DNA of 64,000 nt, taken from NCBI RefSeq assembly GCF_009914755.1, contig NC_060928.1; one strand, 5' to 3'. Position numbers and translations under genes: made by a program. The stretch is from the human T2T-CHM13v2.0 reference genome, Homo sapiens. Every line of letters begins with the position of its first letter. Position 1 is the stretch's first letter. Positions 1-13,612 of this stretch are shown here, one piece after another. Below the pieces are notes generated by a model. That model had not been told where the DNA came from. It made no database searches and saw only the letters and a program-made list of their open reading frames with translations.

Positions 1-546
1 CTCAGCTCACTAATGGGCTGCAAACATCATGATTTTGCAGACTCTCTGGTTTGTTCTCATTGTTAGAGTGGAAGGGGTTTTCTCTTGTGGCCTTCTTCAT
101 CTTAAGCGTAAGCCAAAGCTTCTTTAGATGGATAATAGTGGATATCAAACACTTTGTTGTGTAAATTATCTTGGGTGGAACAGTTTTATTTTAAATAGTC
201 TATATTTATATTTGCACAAAGTTATGTATTGTGCAGTGGCCTGAATCTCCAGTGAAAAATTTTAGATCTCAATTTTAAGATGTGCTGGGTTTTTCAAAAT
301 TCTCCTAAGAGGTAAGCAGGTAAAAAGTAGGTAAAAATACTTATATCATGCACAACCCCTATAAAGCTTACATATTCCCAGATTCTAGTGGGAAATATAG
401 GTTACCATATAGTGTCATACATTTTAGAAGAGAAGTAGTTTCAGAGAATTGTGAGAGAACAGAATATAAGTGTTTTGGTTAACCTCGGTATGCTGGGACT
501 TCCGGGTTGATGCTTGGAAAAATAATTTCTTTCTAGTGCTCCATAT

Positions 547-770
547 CAGGCGTCAGCAAACTTTTCTGAAAAAGAACAGACAATAAACATTTTAGGTTTT
601 GCAAGTCATATAATCTTTGTTGCAACTAATCAGTTCCCTTGTTATAATAAGAAAGCAGCCATAAACAGTATGTGAATGAATGGGTGCACAGTGTTTCAAT
701 AAAACTTTATTTACAAAAACAGGCAGTGGGCAGGATTTGGTGTACAGATCATAGCCTATAGACCTCCTCT
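547..770 (-). mobile_element. MER58A-like hAT-Charlie DNA transposon
   Basis: CAGGCGTCAGCAAAC terminus and AATAAAACTTTATTTACAAAAACAGGCAGTGGGCAGGATTTGG match the reverse complement of MER58A. Confidence 0.8.
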
Positions 771-994
771 CAATTGTGATCAATTACGTGTCCATCTAAA
801 AACCATGTAATACGTAGTAAAGTTCAGAAATTGTCACGATGTGCAGTATATAGAGGTGAGTGACATAAGTATTCTGTCAAGAAACTCACAAACCAGAAGG
901 CGAGAATGATGTGAAAATAAATAATTATAACAAAATGTATTAAGTGCTGTGAAGCATGTATACAACACAAAGCTAGGATAGAAATGAGTATGGA

Positions 995-1641
<647 letters not shown>

Positions 1642-1902
1642 GAAGGAAAGAAATAGAGAGCGAGAAAGAGAGAGAGGAAGGAAAGAAGGAAGGAAGGGAG
1701 GGAGGGGAGAGAAAGAAAGATAGAGAAAGAAAGAAGGAAAGAAAAAGAAAGAGAGAAAGAAGAAAAGAAAGAAAGGAAGAAAGAAAGGAAGAAAGAAAGA
1801 AAGAAAGAAAGAAAAGAAAGAAAAAAAGAAGGAAAAGAAAGAAAGAAAAGGAAGGAAGGAAGAAGGGAAGGAAGCAAGGAAGGGGGAGAAATAAAGGAAG
1901 AA
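1642..1902 (+). repeat. Polypurine (GAAA/GGAA)n tract in Alu tail
   Basis: About 260 bp almost entirely A/G. Confidence 0.95.
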
Positions 1903-4699
1903 TGTCTAAGTTACTTATAGGAGTAGAAAATATTTTGTTTGCCTACTGCTGGTCCCATGTAGCCACTCATCAACAGCAGAGTTCTAGAGATTTCAGACTT
2001 AGAATGAATCTTCGTGTTTGTGAATTTTTACTCCTTATACACATGAGGAAACTAAGAATTGGAAAGGTTAGCATATTATGTAATATTTGACTTGCCACAC
2101 ATATACTTTTGGTAACAGAAAAAAGATGTATTAAGTTGAATCGTTTATGAAAAAACATTTTTCCACAGATTAACCTAAAAGGGCACAAAAAACGTGAACA
2201 AGGAACATTGAGAAACATATATATTCTTGTATTCAGATAATAACTAGGAGAAGGCCAAGTCTATCAGAGTAACTATATTTCTCATCTTGAGCTCTGTATT
2301 TAATTTGGCATGGTGATTTTTGCAACATTTGATATTTGATAGCTCATTAAATAGATAAGAATGGGGCCCAAGATGCTATTTTACTATAAATTTTTATAAA
2401 GCATTGTAGTGACAGAGTGAATATCAGAAGAAACTTAAGTAAGTGGAACTGAGAACAGGATGAGCAGCCAGCAGTGTGAGCTAAAGGACACACACAGCCC
2501 CGGGGCTCTAGGTAGAAGAAAGAGGTAAGAGGAGAGTGGGCAGTGCCAGGGACCAGCCTGTCACCTAGCACTATGTCTCAGAATAATTAGGCCACATAAA
2601 ATCAATGGTCTATGCATCCAAAAGCTGACCCATTTCCTCCTTGGGATGATTGCACCATGTATTTAAAAATTATTTAACTGAAAGTGAGAACATTTCAGTA
2701 TTCTAATATCAGGTCCTGGAGGCAATTGCTTAAAACACAGTGTTAATAGTTGGAAAACATGGAGGATTTGCTTTCAAAGAAGGTGTGCATGTAATAAGCA
2801 GTCTATTTATTTATTCATCATTATTATACTTACTTAAATAGACAATAAATGCATGACTAAGAATATGGGAGAATGAATCAGTGACATTTTTGCCTGGGTG
2901 GTTCTGTTACAATTTTATTGTTTCTAGTTTCTAGATTAGATTGTAGCAATTACTTGTGCTTTCAATTTGAATTTAAAAATGAGCTGGAATCTGTTCAAAC
3001 TAATGTCCAAATCTATACTAGGCCCAGTGGTCCCAGAAATTTCTTGAAAAATTGATAATAGAGTGAATTACATTTAAAATGTTCTTTTAAGCAATTGCAT
3101 AAAGAAGCATATCACCCTGCTCCAGGCCAGACAACAGTCATATGCAGGACGAAACTGATGGGTACCTAAAAAATTAGGGAAAGCCTGGCAAATAACTAAT
3201 GGCTGCTTTCAGGATGAAGTCTGTTGTGAAGCTATTGGAATTCTAGATGGGTGGAAGTATATACAGAGGGAAGCTGAACACCTACAAAAATTAACTCCTC
3301 CTTCAATAACAACAAGGGATTTTGTTTTATTTTGTTTTAATATAAAATTGTATTTCAGTATTTCCTAAAAATAGACTGGTTCTATCAGACAGTAAAAACA
3401 CTGCAGAGGGAAAAGCTGATTCTTATGAAGTATATAAGAAGTATTACTCATATAAGAGAAGAAGGAATACTTCTTCGGGTGGTAATTATGTTTGTATTTG
3501 TTCAAAATACATTGATTAATTTTGTATTTGTATTCAAGTAAAAAATTGGATTCAGTGAGACATATGTGCATACCATTCAGGGAAGAGAAAGGCTCAGACA
3601 AAGCTGAAGCTTGTGCAGAATAACATGAAAGACTCAATAATGAGCCAAAATCCACTAAACAAAATCATCCACTAGACTTGAGTTCTGATTCTAAAGTAAG
3701 ATACCTAGAAACTTTCCTCTTGATCTTCCTTTGTCACACATTGATTCCTAGACAGTCCTCTTTTCTGCAGCCTTTTAAAATTCAGTTATATACACCTGGT
3801 ACACAAATATTTATTGACTGAACTAAGTAACTGAGAGTTAAGGTAGAAAATTAAAAGAATTAACTCAAGAAAAATTTAAAAATCACCTGTAATCTCACTA
3901 ACTGCGCTGAGGCAATAGGAGCCATCAATCTTATATAATTCCTTCCAAATGTTTTTATACAAATATGCACACACATAAGCACACATATACAAGGTATATT
4001 TTTAAGTTTCATGTTTTGCAATTAACAGTGTACACTGAAGACTTATGATCAAATACTCATTAAAAGTATTATTTTAATAGCTATATAATTTTCCAGAGTA
4101 AGAATGTTCATAGGAACATTCACAGGAACATTAAGGTTACTGATAAACATTTTGATTGTTTACATTGTTATGAAATATTTTTATATATAAATATTTGACT
4201 GAAATTCAGATTATTACCTAAAAATATATTTTTTATAAATGAAAATATCTTTGCCAATTAGATACATAAAATGGTTACCTGCTTGCTCTGATTTGTATCT
4301 GTGATTGGGTGCTTGGTGGCCCAATTTTGTCTTGGGAAAGTAATGTTTTCTTATTGATTTATAAAATTTTTTGTATATAAAATAAATGATAATACTTTGT
4401 CATATTTGTTGTACACATATTCCTTGGTTATTCAAGTACTTAGTTTTTTTTTTTTTTTTACCAGTTTTGATATAGATGAATTTGATATAGATTTCATTTT
4501 AATAAACTCAGATCTAGCAATTATTTCTTTGTGGTATCCTCTGTTGATTTTATGTAATAAACAGCTTTCTCCATTTGAAGTTTCAATTATATTTTCTCCT
4601 AGCTTTTAATGTTATTGTACATAAGAAGGTGAAAAAACTCTCAATTTGCAATTTGTCATTTTTCCTGATATTATTTTTAAAATATCTCAAACATTAAAT

Positions 4700-4804
4700 T
4701 ACGCAAAAGGAAGCAGACACAAAAGAATATGTATGTAATATCAATCCAGTTTTACAGTTCAAACACATGCAAAACTAATCTATATTGTTAGAAAGCACAA
4801 CAGT
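4700..4804 (+). mobile_element. Old L1 (L1MC/ME-type) 3' end fragment, interrupted by an Alu and resuming near 5370
   Basis: AAGGAAGCAGACACAAAAGAATATG...GCAAAACTAATCTAT is typical of an L1M 3'UTR. Confidence 0.6.
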
Positions 4805-5090
4805 GGACTGGGTGTGGTGGTTCACGTCTGTAATCCCAGCACTTAGGGAGGCCAAGTCAGGCAGATCACTAGAGGTCAGGAGTTCAAGACCAGCCTCTGG
4901 TCAACATGGTGAAACGTCGTTTCTACTAAAAATACAAAAAATTAGACGGGCTTGGTGGTGTATACTTCTAATCCCAGCTATTTGGGAGGCTGAAGCAGGA
5001 GAATCACTTGAACTCGGGAGGCAGAGTTTGCAGTGATCTGAGATTGCAGCACTGCACTCTAGCCTGGGTGACAGAGTGAGACTCTGTCTC
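4805..5090 (+). mobile_element. Alu, AluS-like
   Basis: Full dimer; TSD AGAAA(G/A)CACAACAGT flanks the Alu plus its GAAA tract. Confidence 0.93.
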
Positions 5091-5125
5091 AAAAGAAAAA
5101 GAAAAAGAAAGAAAGAGAGAGAGAG

Positions 5126-5184
<59 letters not shown>

Positions 5185-5269
5185 AGAAAGAAAGAAAGAA
5201 AGAAAGAAGAAAGAGAGAGAAAGAAAGAAAGAGAGAGAGAAAGAAAGAAAAGAAGGAAAGAAAGAAAAA

Positions 5270-5323
<54 letters not shown>

Positions 5324-5368
5324 GAAAGAAAGAAAGAAGGAAAGAAAGAAATAGAGAAAGAAAGAAAA
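5091..5368 (+). repeat. (GAAA)n complex microsatellite in Alu tail
   Basis: Long GAAA arrays with GA/GGAA interruptions. Confidence 0.97.
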
Positions 5369-5450
5369 CACAACAGTGGCTTTTTTGAGGAAGAAAGAAG
5401 GTTGTAGAGATTGGGAGGAATATGAGAAAGGTTTCTGGAGTGCTCTTTCT

Positions 5451-6130
5451 TTTATTATTATTATTATTATTATACTTTAAGTCTTAGGGTACATGTGCAC
5501 AATGTGCAGGTTTGTTACATATGTATACATGTGCCATGTTGGTGTGCTGCACCAATTAACTCATCATTTAGCATTAGGTATATCTCCTAATGCTGTCTCT
5601 CCCCCCTCCCCCTACCCCACAACAGTCCCCAGTGTGTGATGTTCCCCTTCCTGTATCCATGTGTTCTCATTGTTCAATTCCCACCTATGAGTGAGAGAAC
5701 ATGCGGTGTTTGGTTTTTTGTCCTTGCGATAGTTTGCTGAGAATGATGGTTTCCAGCTTCATCCATGTCCCTACAAAGGACATGAACTCATCATTTTTTA
5801 TGGCTGCATAGTATTCCATGGTGTATATGTGCCACATTTTCTTAATCCAGTCTATCATTGTTGGACATTTGGGTTGGTTCCAAGTCTTTGCTATTGTGAA
5901 TAGTGCCACAATAACCATACGTGTGCACGTGTCTTTATAGCAGCATGATTTATAATCCTTTGGGTATATAGCCAGTAATGGGATGGCTGGGTCAAATGGT
6001 ATTTCTAGTTCAAGATCCCTGAGGAATCGTCACACCGACTTCCACAATGGTTGAACTAGTTTACAGTCCCACCAATAGTGTAAAAGTGTTCCTTTTTCTC
6101 CACATCCTCTCCAGCACCTGTTGTTTCCTG
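5451..6130 (-). mobile_element. 5'-truncated young L1PA (L1PA3/4-like), ORF2 C-terminus plus 3'UTR
   Basis: (TTA)n tail; ORF 5685..5918 encodes L1 ORF2 end (AKTWNQPKCPTMIDWIKKMWHIYTMEYYAAIK); perfect 16-bp TSD CTGGAGTGCTCTTTCT at 5435-5450 and 6128-6143. Confidence 0.96.
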
Positions 6131-6524
6131 GAGTGCTCTTTCTCAACCTGCATGGATGGGATGTTTTCTAATTCATAGTAATTATTTAAGTGTACCTTAC
6201 TAAGTGTACATATTTTCATTAAATGTTTTAACCATAACAATTCATACAGTGAATCATATTTTATTTGAAGACAATAGTTTGTGATTAGTAAATAATATCA
6301 CAGAAGTCTTAAAGTGGTTAGCACATTATACAGGACACTTTCTCATTCTTTCAACCCCCCTGTGGTTTTAAACTCTAGTTCAAATTTGTTTGATATTGTA
6401 ATTTGTATTTCACAGACATAGAGCAAGATATTCTTGGTAGTATTAATTACATTTTTTTCTAAGCTTCCTTCCCTGTTTATTCATCCACATAAACTTTAGA
6501 ATTATTTTTCTGGATTACAGAAAT

Positions 6525-6800
6525 GGTACAAAAAATAGGAAGAATGAATAAGACCTACTATTTCATAGCATAATAGGGTGACTATAGTTAATAATAACTT
6601 AATCGTACATTTTAAAATAACTTCGAGTAAAATTGGATTGTTTGTAACTCAAAGGATAAGTGCTTAAGGGGATGGATACCTCATTCTACCTGATGTGCTT
6701 ATTTCACATTGCATGCCTGTATCAAAACATCTCATATATCCATAAATATATACACCTACTATGTACCCACAAAATTTTTTAAATAAAATAAAATAAAATG
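6525..6800 (+). mobile_element. L1MA (L1MA1-3-like) 3' end
   Basis: GAATGAATAAGACCTACTATTT...GGGGATGGATACC...CTACTATGTACCCACAAAA plus (TAAAA)n tail. Confidence 0.85.
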
Positions 6801-6859
6801 ATACCAGGGAAATTTTTAAGTAAACTTTTTACATCAGAGATTAGGCTTATCTCTTACAG

Positions 6860-7390
6860 TTTATATAAACTTGATTATACACTATGTAGTATTTTATGTC
6901 TTATTTATTTTGCTCACTATTATGCTGTGATATTTCTCATAATGTCTTAGGTAACAGTAGCCTGTTCATTGTCATTGTTGCAGAGCACTCCTTTGTATGA
7001 TTACATTCTATTTATTTATTCATTCTACTGTTGAAGGACATATGGATTGTTTATACTTTGGGGCTATTATAAATGAAGCTATTTTCAATGTGTGTACATA
7101 TCTGTAACTGTGTTATCCTGGGAGTTTAATTATTAAATCATAGGATATTTTCATATTAAAAATTTTGATAGTTTCAGTTTTCCAAAGAGGTTGATCAATT
7201 TTTACACTCCCATCAAAGAATGTATGAGAGTTTCCACTGCTTCATATCTTCACCAATACTTGGTATTATCAGTACTGTACTTTTTATGCATTGTGGGGGT
7301 TTTGTAGGAGTGTTACACTGTGATTTTAATTGTCATTTCCCTGATTTAATGAGTTGATCACTTTTAATTTGTGTTTATGAATCTATAAAA
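6860..7390 (-). mobile_element. Old L1M (L1ME-type) fragment
   Basis: Degenerate antisense L1 3' region (TTTACACTCCCATCAAAGAATGTATGAGAGTT). Confidence 0.7.
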
Positions 7391-8196
7391 TACATATCAT
7401 TTGCTATTTTCTTAGAAATGTATTTTTTTATAGGAAACAATTTAATTTATAAATCATTATACATTATACTCTCTGAAATGTGATAAAAGAATGTATAGAT
7501 ATTAAAGACATCAATTCAAAATTTAAGTGTACACCAAGAAAATGAACATGAAAACTTATTTTTGGTCTACTACATAGGTATTACCATTCCACATTGAGGA
7601 AAGTAAAATTTCTCATCCATAATTCGAACATCTAGAAAAACCACATACTGGTTTCAATATCTAACTTTTTGAAACATTTCTGCTCAACTGAATATTATTT
7701 GGGTGGAAAACAGTGATAATTTATCATTTATTTAAATCTTCTGTAACTCTTCAGTTTGCTTATTTTTTGAGTAGTAGAAGATTTTGACCTGGATCTATTT
7801 CCACAGCTTCCCAATGTGCTTAATATCTTCTCTTGTCAATGATCATGTCAGAATTTTAAAGGGGATATACAGCAAACTCGGCTCTACTCGTTGCCAAGGA
7901 AATGATAACACCGTAAGAGTGTAATCTCTTTTCAACAGGAGTTGGAAGAAACCTATGATGCCTGGGTGTAGAATGTCAATCTGGTAGGTGGAACTAAGTG
8001 AGAGGAAAAAGCAAATGTGCAGAACTGAATCCTTAACTTCGTTACTCCTCTTGTAAATGGACAATAAATACTGAAAGAGACCAAATCCAGACTAAGGCAT
8101 TTTTGTCATGTAGACAGAGAAAGACTGTTTTTCTTGTTATTAAAGAATATGCATACACCAAATGACAAGTGTTTATTCTTTATTTGTGTTGATATA

Positions 8197-10531
8197 TGAT
8201 GTGGTTTGTCTGTGTCCCACCCAAATCTCAAAATGTAGCTCCCATAATTCCCACATGTTGTGGGAGGGACCCAGTGGGAGGTAATTAAATCATGAGGGTG
8301 GGTCTTTTCCATGCTGTTCTCATGATAATGAATAAGCCTCACAAGATCTGATGGTTTTGTAAAGGGCAGTTCCTCTGTACACACTTTCTCATCCTCTCTT
8401 GTCTGCTACACATAAGACATGCCTTTCACCTTTTGCCTTCCACCGTGATTGTGAGACCTCCCCAGCGATGTGGAACTGTGAGTCCATTAAACCTCTTTTT
8501 TTAAAATAAATTACCCATTTTCGGGTATGTCTTTATTGGCAGCATGAAAATGGACTAATACAGTAAATTAGTACCAGTACAGTGGGGCACTGCTGTAAAG
8601 ATACCTGAAAATGTGGAAGCAACTTAGGAACTGTGTAACAGGCAGAGGCTGGAACAGTTTGGAGTTCTCAGAAGATGTGAAAATATGAGAAAGTTTGGAA
8701 CTTCCTAGAGACTTGTGGGGCTCAGAAGACAGGAAAACATAGGAAAGTTTAGAACTTCCTAGAGACTTGTTGAATAGCTTTGGCCAAAATGCTGATAATG
8801 ATATGGACAATGAAATCCAGGCTGAGGTGGTCTCAGATGGAAATGAGGAATTTGTTGAGAACTGCAGTAAAAGTGACTCTTGCTATGTTTTAGCAAAGAG
8901 ACAGGTGGCATTTTGTCCCTGCCCTATAGATTTGTGGAACTTTGAACTTGAAGGAGATAATTGTAAAGTATCTGGCAGAAGACATTTCTGAGCAGCAAAA
9001 CATTCAAGAGGTGACTTGGATGCTGTTAAAAGTATTCAGTTTTAAAAGGGAAACAGAGCATAAAAATTTGGAAAATTTGCAGACTATGTGATTAAAAAAA
9101 AAACCCATTTTCTGAGGAGAAATTCAAGCCACTGGCAGAAATTTGCATAAGTAACGTGGAACCAAATGTTAATCACCAAGACAACGGGCAAAATGTCTCC
9201 AGGTCATGTCAGAGACATTTGCGGCAGCCCTTTCCATCACAGACCAGAGGGCTATGAGGGAAAAATGGTTTCGTAGGCCTGACCCAGGACCTTGCTGCTT
9301 TGTGCTGTCTCTGGACTTGGTACCCTGCCTCCCAGCCATGGCTAAAAGGGGCCAATGTACAGCTCTGGTCATTGCTTCAGAGGGTGAAAATCCCAAGCCT
9401 TGGCAGCTTACATGTGGTGTTGGGCCTGTGGGTGCATGGAAGTCAATAATTGAGGTTTGGGAACCTCTGCCTAGATTTCAGAGGATGTATGGAAATGCCT
9501 GGATGTCCAGGCAGAGGTATACTGCAAGGGTGCAGCCCTCATGGAGAACCTTGACTAGGGCAGTGCAGAAGGGAAATGTGGGATGAGAGCACCCACACAG
9601 AGTCCCCACTGGGGCACTGCCTAGTGGAGCTGTGAGAAGAGGGCCACCATTCTCCAGACCCCAGAATAGTAGATCCACCAAGAGCTTGCACTGTGCACCT
9701 GGAAAAGCCAGAGACACTGAATGCCAGCCCATGAAAGCAGCAAGGACAGGGGGTTGTACCCTCTCTTGGGCAGAGCTGCCCAAGGCCCTGGGAGCCCACC
9801 TCTTGCATTAGCGTGACCTGGAGGTGAGACATGGAGTCAAAGGAGATCATTTTGAAGCTTTAAGATTTGATGCCTTGATGGATTTTGGGCTTGCATGGGG
9901 CCTGTAGTCCCTTTGTTTTGGCCAATTTCTCCATTTGGAATGGCTGTATTTACCCAATGCCTGTACCCCCATTATATCTAGGAAGTAACTAACTTGCTTT
10001 TGATTTTACAGGCTCATAGGCAGAAGGGACTTTCCTTGTCTCAGATGAGACTTTGGACTGTGGACTTTTGAGTTAATGCTGAAATGAGTTAAGACTTTGT
10101 GGCTCTGTTGGGAAGTCATGATTGGTTTTGAAATGTGAGGACATGAGATTTGGGAGGGTCCAGGAGCAAAATGATATGGTTTGGCTGTGTCTGCATCCAA
10201 ATCTCGAATTGTAGCTCACATAATTCACATGTGTCAGGAGAAGGACCAGGTGGGGGTAATTAAATCATGAGGGCGGGTCTTTCCTGTGCTGTTCTTGTGA
10301 TAGTGAATAAGTCTCACAAGATCTCATGGTTTTATAAAGGGCAGTTCCCCTGTACATACTCTCTCATTCTCTCTTGTCTGCCACCATGTAAGATGTGCCT
10401 TTCACCTTCAACCATGATTGTAAGGCCTCCCCAGCCATCTGGAAATGTGAGTCCATTAAACCTCTTTTTAATTATAAATTACCTGTTTTGGGGTATATCT
10501 TTATCAGCAGCATGGAAAAAAAACTAATACA
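8197..10531 (+). mobile_element. Complete THE1 (THE1C-like) MaLR provirus: 5'LTR 8197-8562, internal 8563-10171, 3'LTR 10172-10531
   Basis: Two LTRs TGAT(A/G)TGGTTT...CTAATACA, THE1-int sequence, purine tract before the 3'LTR, 5-bp TSD ATATA at 8192-8196 and 10532-10536. Confidence 0.96.
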
Positions 10532-10779
10532 ATATACTTAGTGTAAGTTCATTCATTTTAGTTGCTGTAGAGTATTTCATTGGACTGTCACACTTTGTTT
10601 ATCCATTTCCCATTGACAGACACACAAAGCACATCCAGTTTTTTACTCTTAAATTAATGTTGAAAAGAGCATTCTTACATATATTTCATCACGTAAACAA
10701 GAATTTCTTTAGGGGATAGGCTTATCAAAAGAATTGCTGAAATTAAGTTTATTGGAAGAGAAGCAAAAATGCCTACTTG

Positions 10780-11030
10780 TTGGTTTTTCATTTAGCATGA
10801 GTTTCCTCACCATACTGCGGTCTAAGATTAGTCTAATGTTTTGTATGGTGGCTTAGAGTAACAAGGTCAATGTCTCACCTAACAAGGCAAAAGATGCATG
10901 ATCTTTTATAACTTGGCCTCAGAAGTTACACAGCATCATTTCCACTGCATTTCCTTAGCACTGAGCAGGTCACAAGCCCACCCATACTCAAGGGGCAATA
11001 TTATTGCAGGAACCTTTGGAAAATAAAACA
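10780..11030 (-). mobile_element. Old MLT1 (J/K/L-type) LTR fragment
   Basis: GGCCTCAGAAGTTACACAGCATCATTTCCACTGCAT...GGTCACAAGCCCACCCATACTCAAGG. Confidence 0.6.
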
Positions 11031-11497
11031 CAGCTATTAACATGTTTCCGAGAATTGTTCTTTTCATGGGCATTATACCTTTATAGTGTACGTGTTTGAA
11101 CAATTTACTATATATAAAATGTGAGGTTACATCCTTTCCATTAACATACAGCAAACATTGCCTCACTGCCTTCTGGAATTCAGTGTTGCAAAGAAGATAT
11201 TGCAGGCCAATCTGATGTTTATTTCTTATTACATAACCTCTTCTTCATGTTCCATGTCATTCTTGTCATTTCTAAACTCTCCTAAGCACTTTCATAATAG
11301 AACATATCTTAAGCAATAATATCCATTAATAGGGATAGTTACATAATTTATGATGCATTCAAACAATGGAATATAGAGTCATCAAAAAGAATGAGGCAAC
11401 ATTTTACTAATCAACGTGGCAAATTTTCCAAATACACAGTATAAAAACTTGCACAGCATGCTTTCATTTGAGCAGAGAAAATAGAGATAATCTAATA

Positions 11498-12625
11498 CAG
11501 ATATGAGCCACATAATGACATTTTGATCAATGATGAACTGCATATATGATGGTGATCCCATAATATGATAATACTGTATCTTTACTATGTTTAGATATGT
11601 TTATTTGCTTTTATTTTTATTTTAGGTTCAGGGGTTTATGTGCAGGTTTGTTATATAGGTAAATTGCATGCCACAGAGGTTTGGTATACAGATTATTTCA
11701 TCACCCAGCTAATAAGCATAGTGCCCATTAGGTAGTTTTCAACCCTCTCCCTCCTCCCACCCCTGACTCTCAAGTAGGCCCTGGTGTCTGTTGTCATCTT
11801 CTTTGTATCCATGTGCACTCAATGTTTAGCTCCCACTTATAAGTGAGAACATGTGGTATTCGGGTTTTCTGTTCCTGTGTTAGTTCATTTAGGATAGTGG
11901 CCTACAACTTCATCCATGTTGCTGCCAAGGGTATGGTCTCATTCCTTTTTAGGGCTGTGTAAACTTTTTCAAAATTCATATGGAACTAAAAAAGTGACCA
12001 AATAGTCAAGACAATTCTAAGCAAAAAGAACAAAGCTACAGGCATCACGTTACTGAACCTCAAAGTATACTATAAGGTTACAATAACCAAAACAGCATGA
12101 TACAGGTACAAAAACAGACACACAGGTCAATGGAACAGACTAGGGAGCCCAGAAATAATGCCACAACACTGATAACCATGTGATGTTTCACAAAAGTTGA
12201 CAAAATAAGCAATGAGAAGAGGACTTCTTATTCAATAAATAGTGCTAGGATAACTGGTTAGCCATACACAAAAGATTAAAACTGGGCCTCTTCCTTATAC
12301 CATATACAGAAATCAACTTGGATTAAAGGCTAAAATGTAACACCTAAAACTATTTTTAAAAAACCCTGAGAGATAGCCTAGAAGTGTTTAGACGTACAAA
12401 TACCATTTTACCATTGTGCTACAATTGCCTACACTATTCAGTACAGTAACAAGCTGCACAGGTTTACAGCCTAGTCACAATGGGCAATACCAAATAGTCC
12501 AGGTGTGTAGTAGGAGAGGCTGTCTATGTTTGTGTAGATATACTCTATGATGTTCCCACAATGACAAAATACCCTAATGACACATTCCTCAGAACATATC
12601 GCCCTTGTTAAGTGACACATGACTG
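11498..12625 (+). mobile_element. Tigger3a/MER7-type DNA transposon split by an L1 insertion (11604-12383)
   Basis: CAG..ATGAGCCACATAATGACATTTT left end and GTTAAGTGACACATGACTG right end; halves rejoin at ATGTTTAGA. Confidence 0.85.
11604..12383 (-). mobile_element. L1PA (L1PA13-16-like) with 5' inversion: 3' end antisense 11604-11960, ORF2 segment sense 11961-12383
   Basis: T-rich tail then antisense 3'UTR, abruptly switching to AAAATTCATATGGAAC...AAAACAGCATG sense ORF2. Confidence 0.88.
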
Positions 12626-12631
12626 CACACA

Positions 12632-13612
12632 CTGACATATCTTGGAGATACTACTGATAAAGCAAATATCAAAATATAAGTTATATATTTTTGTTTCCCA
12701 GTGTATATAAAAGTTATATTTACACTATGCTGTAGTCTATTAAGTGGGTAATGGCGGTATGTCTAAAAATGTATATACTTTATTTAAAAAATATTACTAA
12801 GATGCTAAGAATCAGCTGAGCCTTCAGTGAGTCATAATCATCTTGCTAGTGGAGAGTCTTGCATCTATATTGATGATTGCTGACTGATCAGGGTGGTAAT
12901 TGCTGAAAGTTGAGGTGGCTATGGCAATTTATTAAAATAAGATAACAATGAGGCTTGCAGCATCAACTGATTGACTCTTCCTTTCACAAAAGATTTCTCT
13001 ATAGCATATGATGTTGTTTGGTAGCATTTTACCCACAGTAGAAACTTCTTTCAAAATTAGAGGCAGTCCTCTCACACCCTGCCACTATTTTATCAGGTAA
13101 ATTTATGTAATATTTTAAATTCTATGTTGTCACTTCAGCAATGTTTGCAACATCTTTACCAAGGGTAGATTTCATCTGAAGAAATCACTTGTTTTGCTCA
13201 TACATAAGAAGCAGCCCCTCATCCATTCAAGTTTTATAATGCGATTATAGCAATTCAGTCTCATCTTCAGGTTCCACTTCTAATTCTAGTTCTCTTGCTA
13301 TTTCTACCACATCTGCAGTTACTTCCTCCACTGAAGTTTTAATCCCCTCAAAATCACCCACATGGACTAGAATCAGCTTCTCCCAAACTTCTGTTAATGT
13401 TCATATTTTGACTTCCTACCATGAATCATGAGTGTTGTTAATGGCACCTAGAATGGTGAATCCTTTCCAGAAGGTTTTTGATGTACTTTACCCAGATCCA
13501 TAAGAGGAATCACTATCTATGTCAGCTATAGCATTAAGAAATGTATTTCTTAAGTAATAGGATATGAAAGGCAGAATTATTTCTTGACCCATGGACTGAA
13601 GAATGGATATTT
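12632..13612 (-). mobile_element. Tigger1 3' portion
   Basis: GTTTCCCAGTGTATATAAAAGTTATATTTACACTAT...GCTGACTGATCAGGGTGG...CATTTTACCCACAGTAGAA match Tigger1 reverse complement. Confidence 0.9.

Noticed and set aside
8688-8770. Repeated GAAAGTTT(G/A)GAACTTCCTAGAGACTTGT in THE1-int
   Set aside because: As I recall, this duplication is part of THE1C/D internal consensus, not locus-specific
8767-10200. Several 64-126 aa ORFs in THE1 internal region
   Set aside because: Fragments of a decayed non-autonomous MaLR internal sequence
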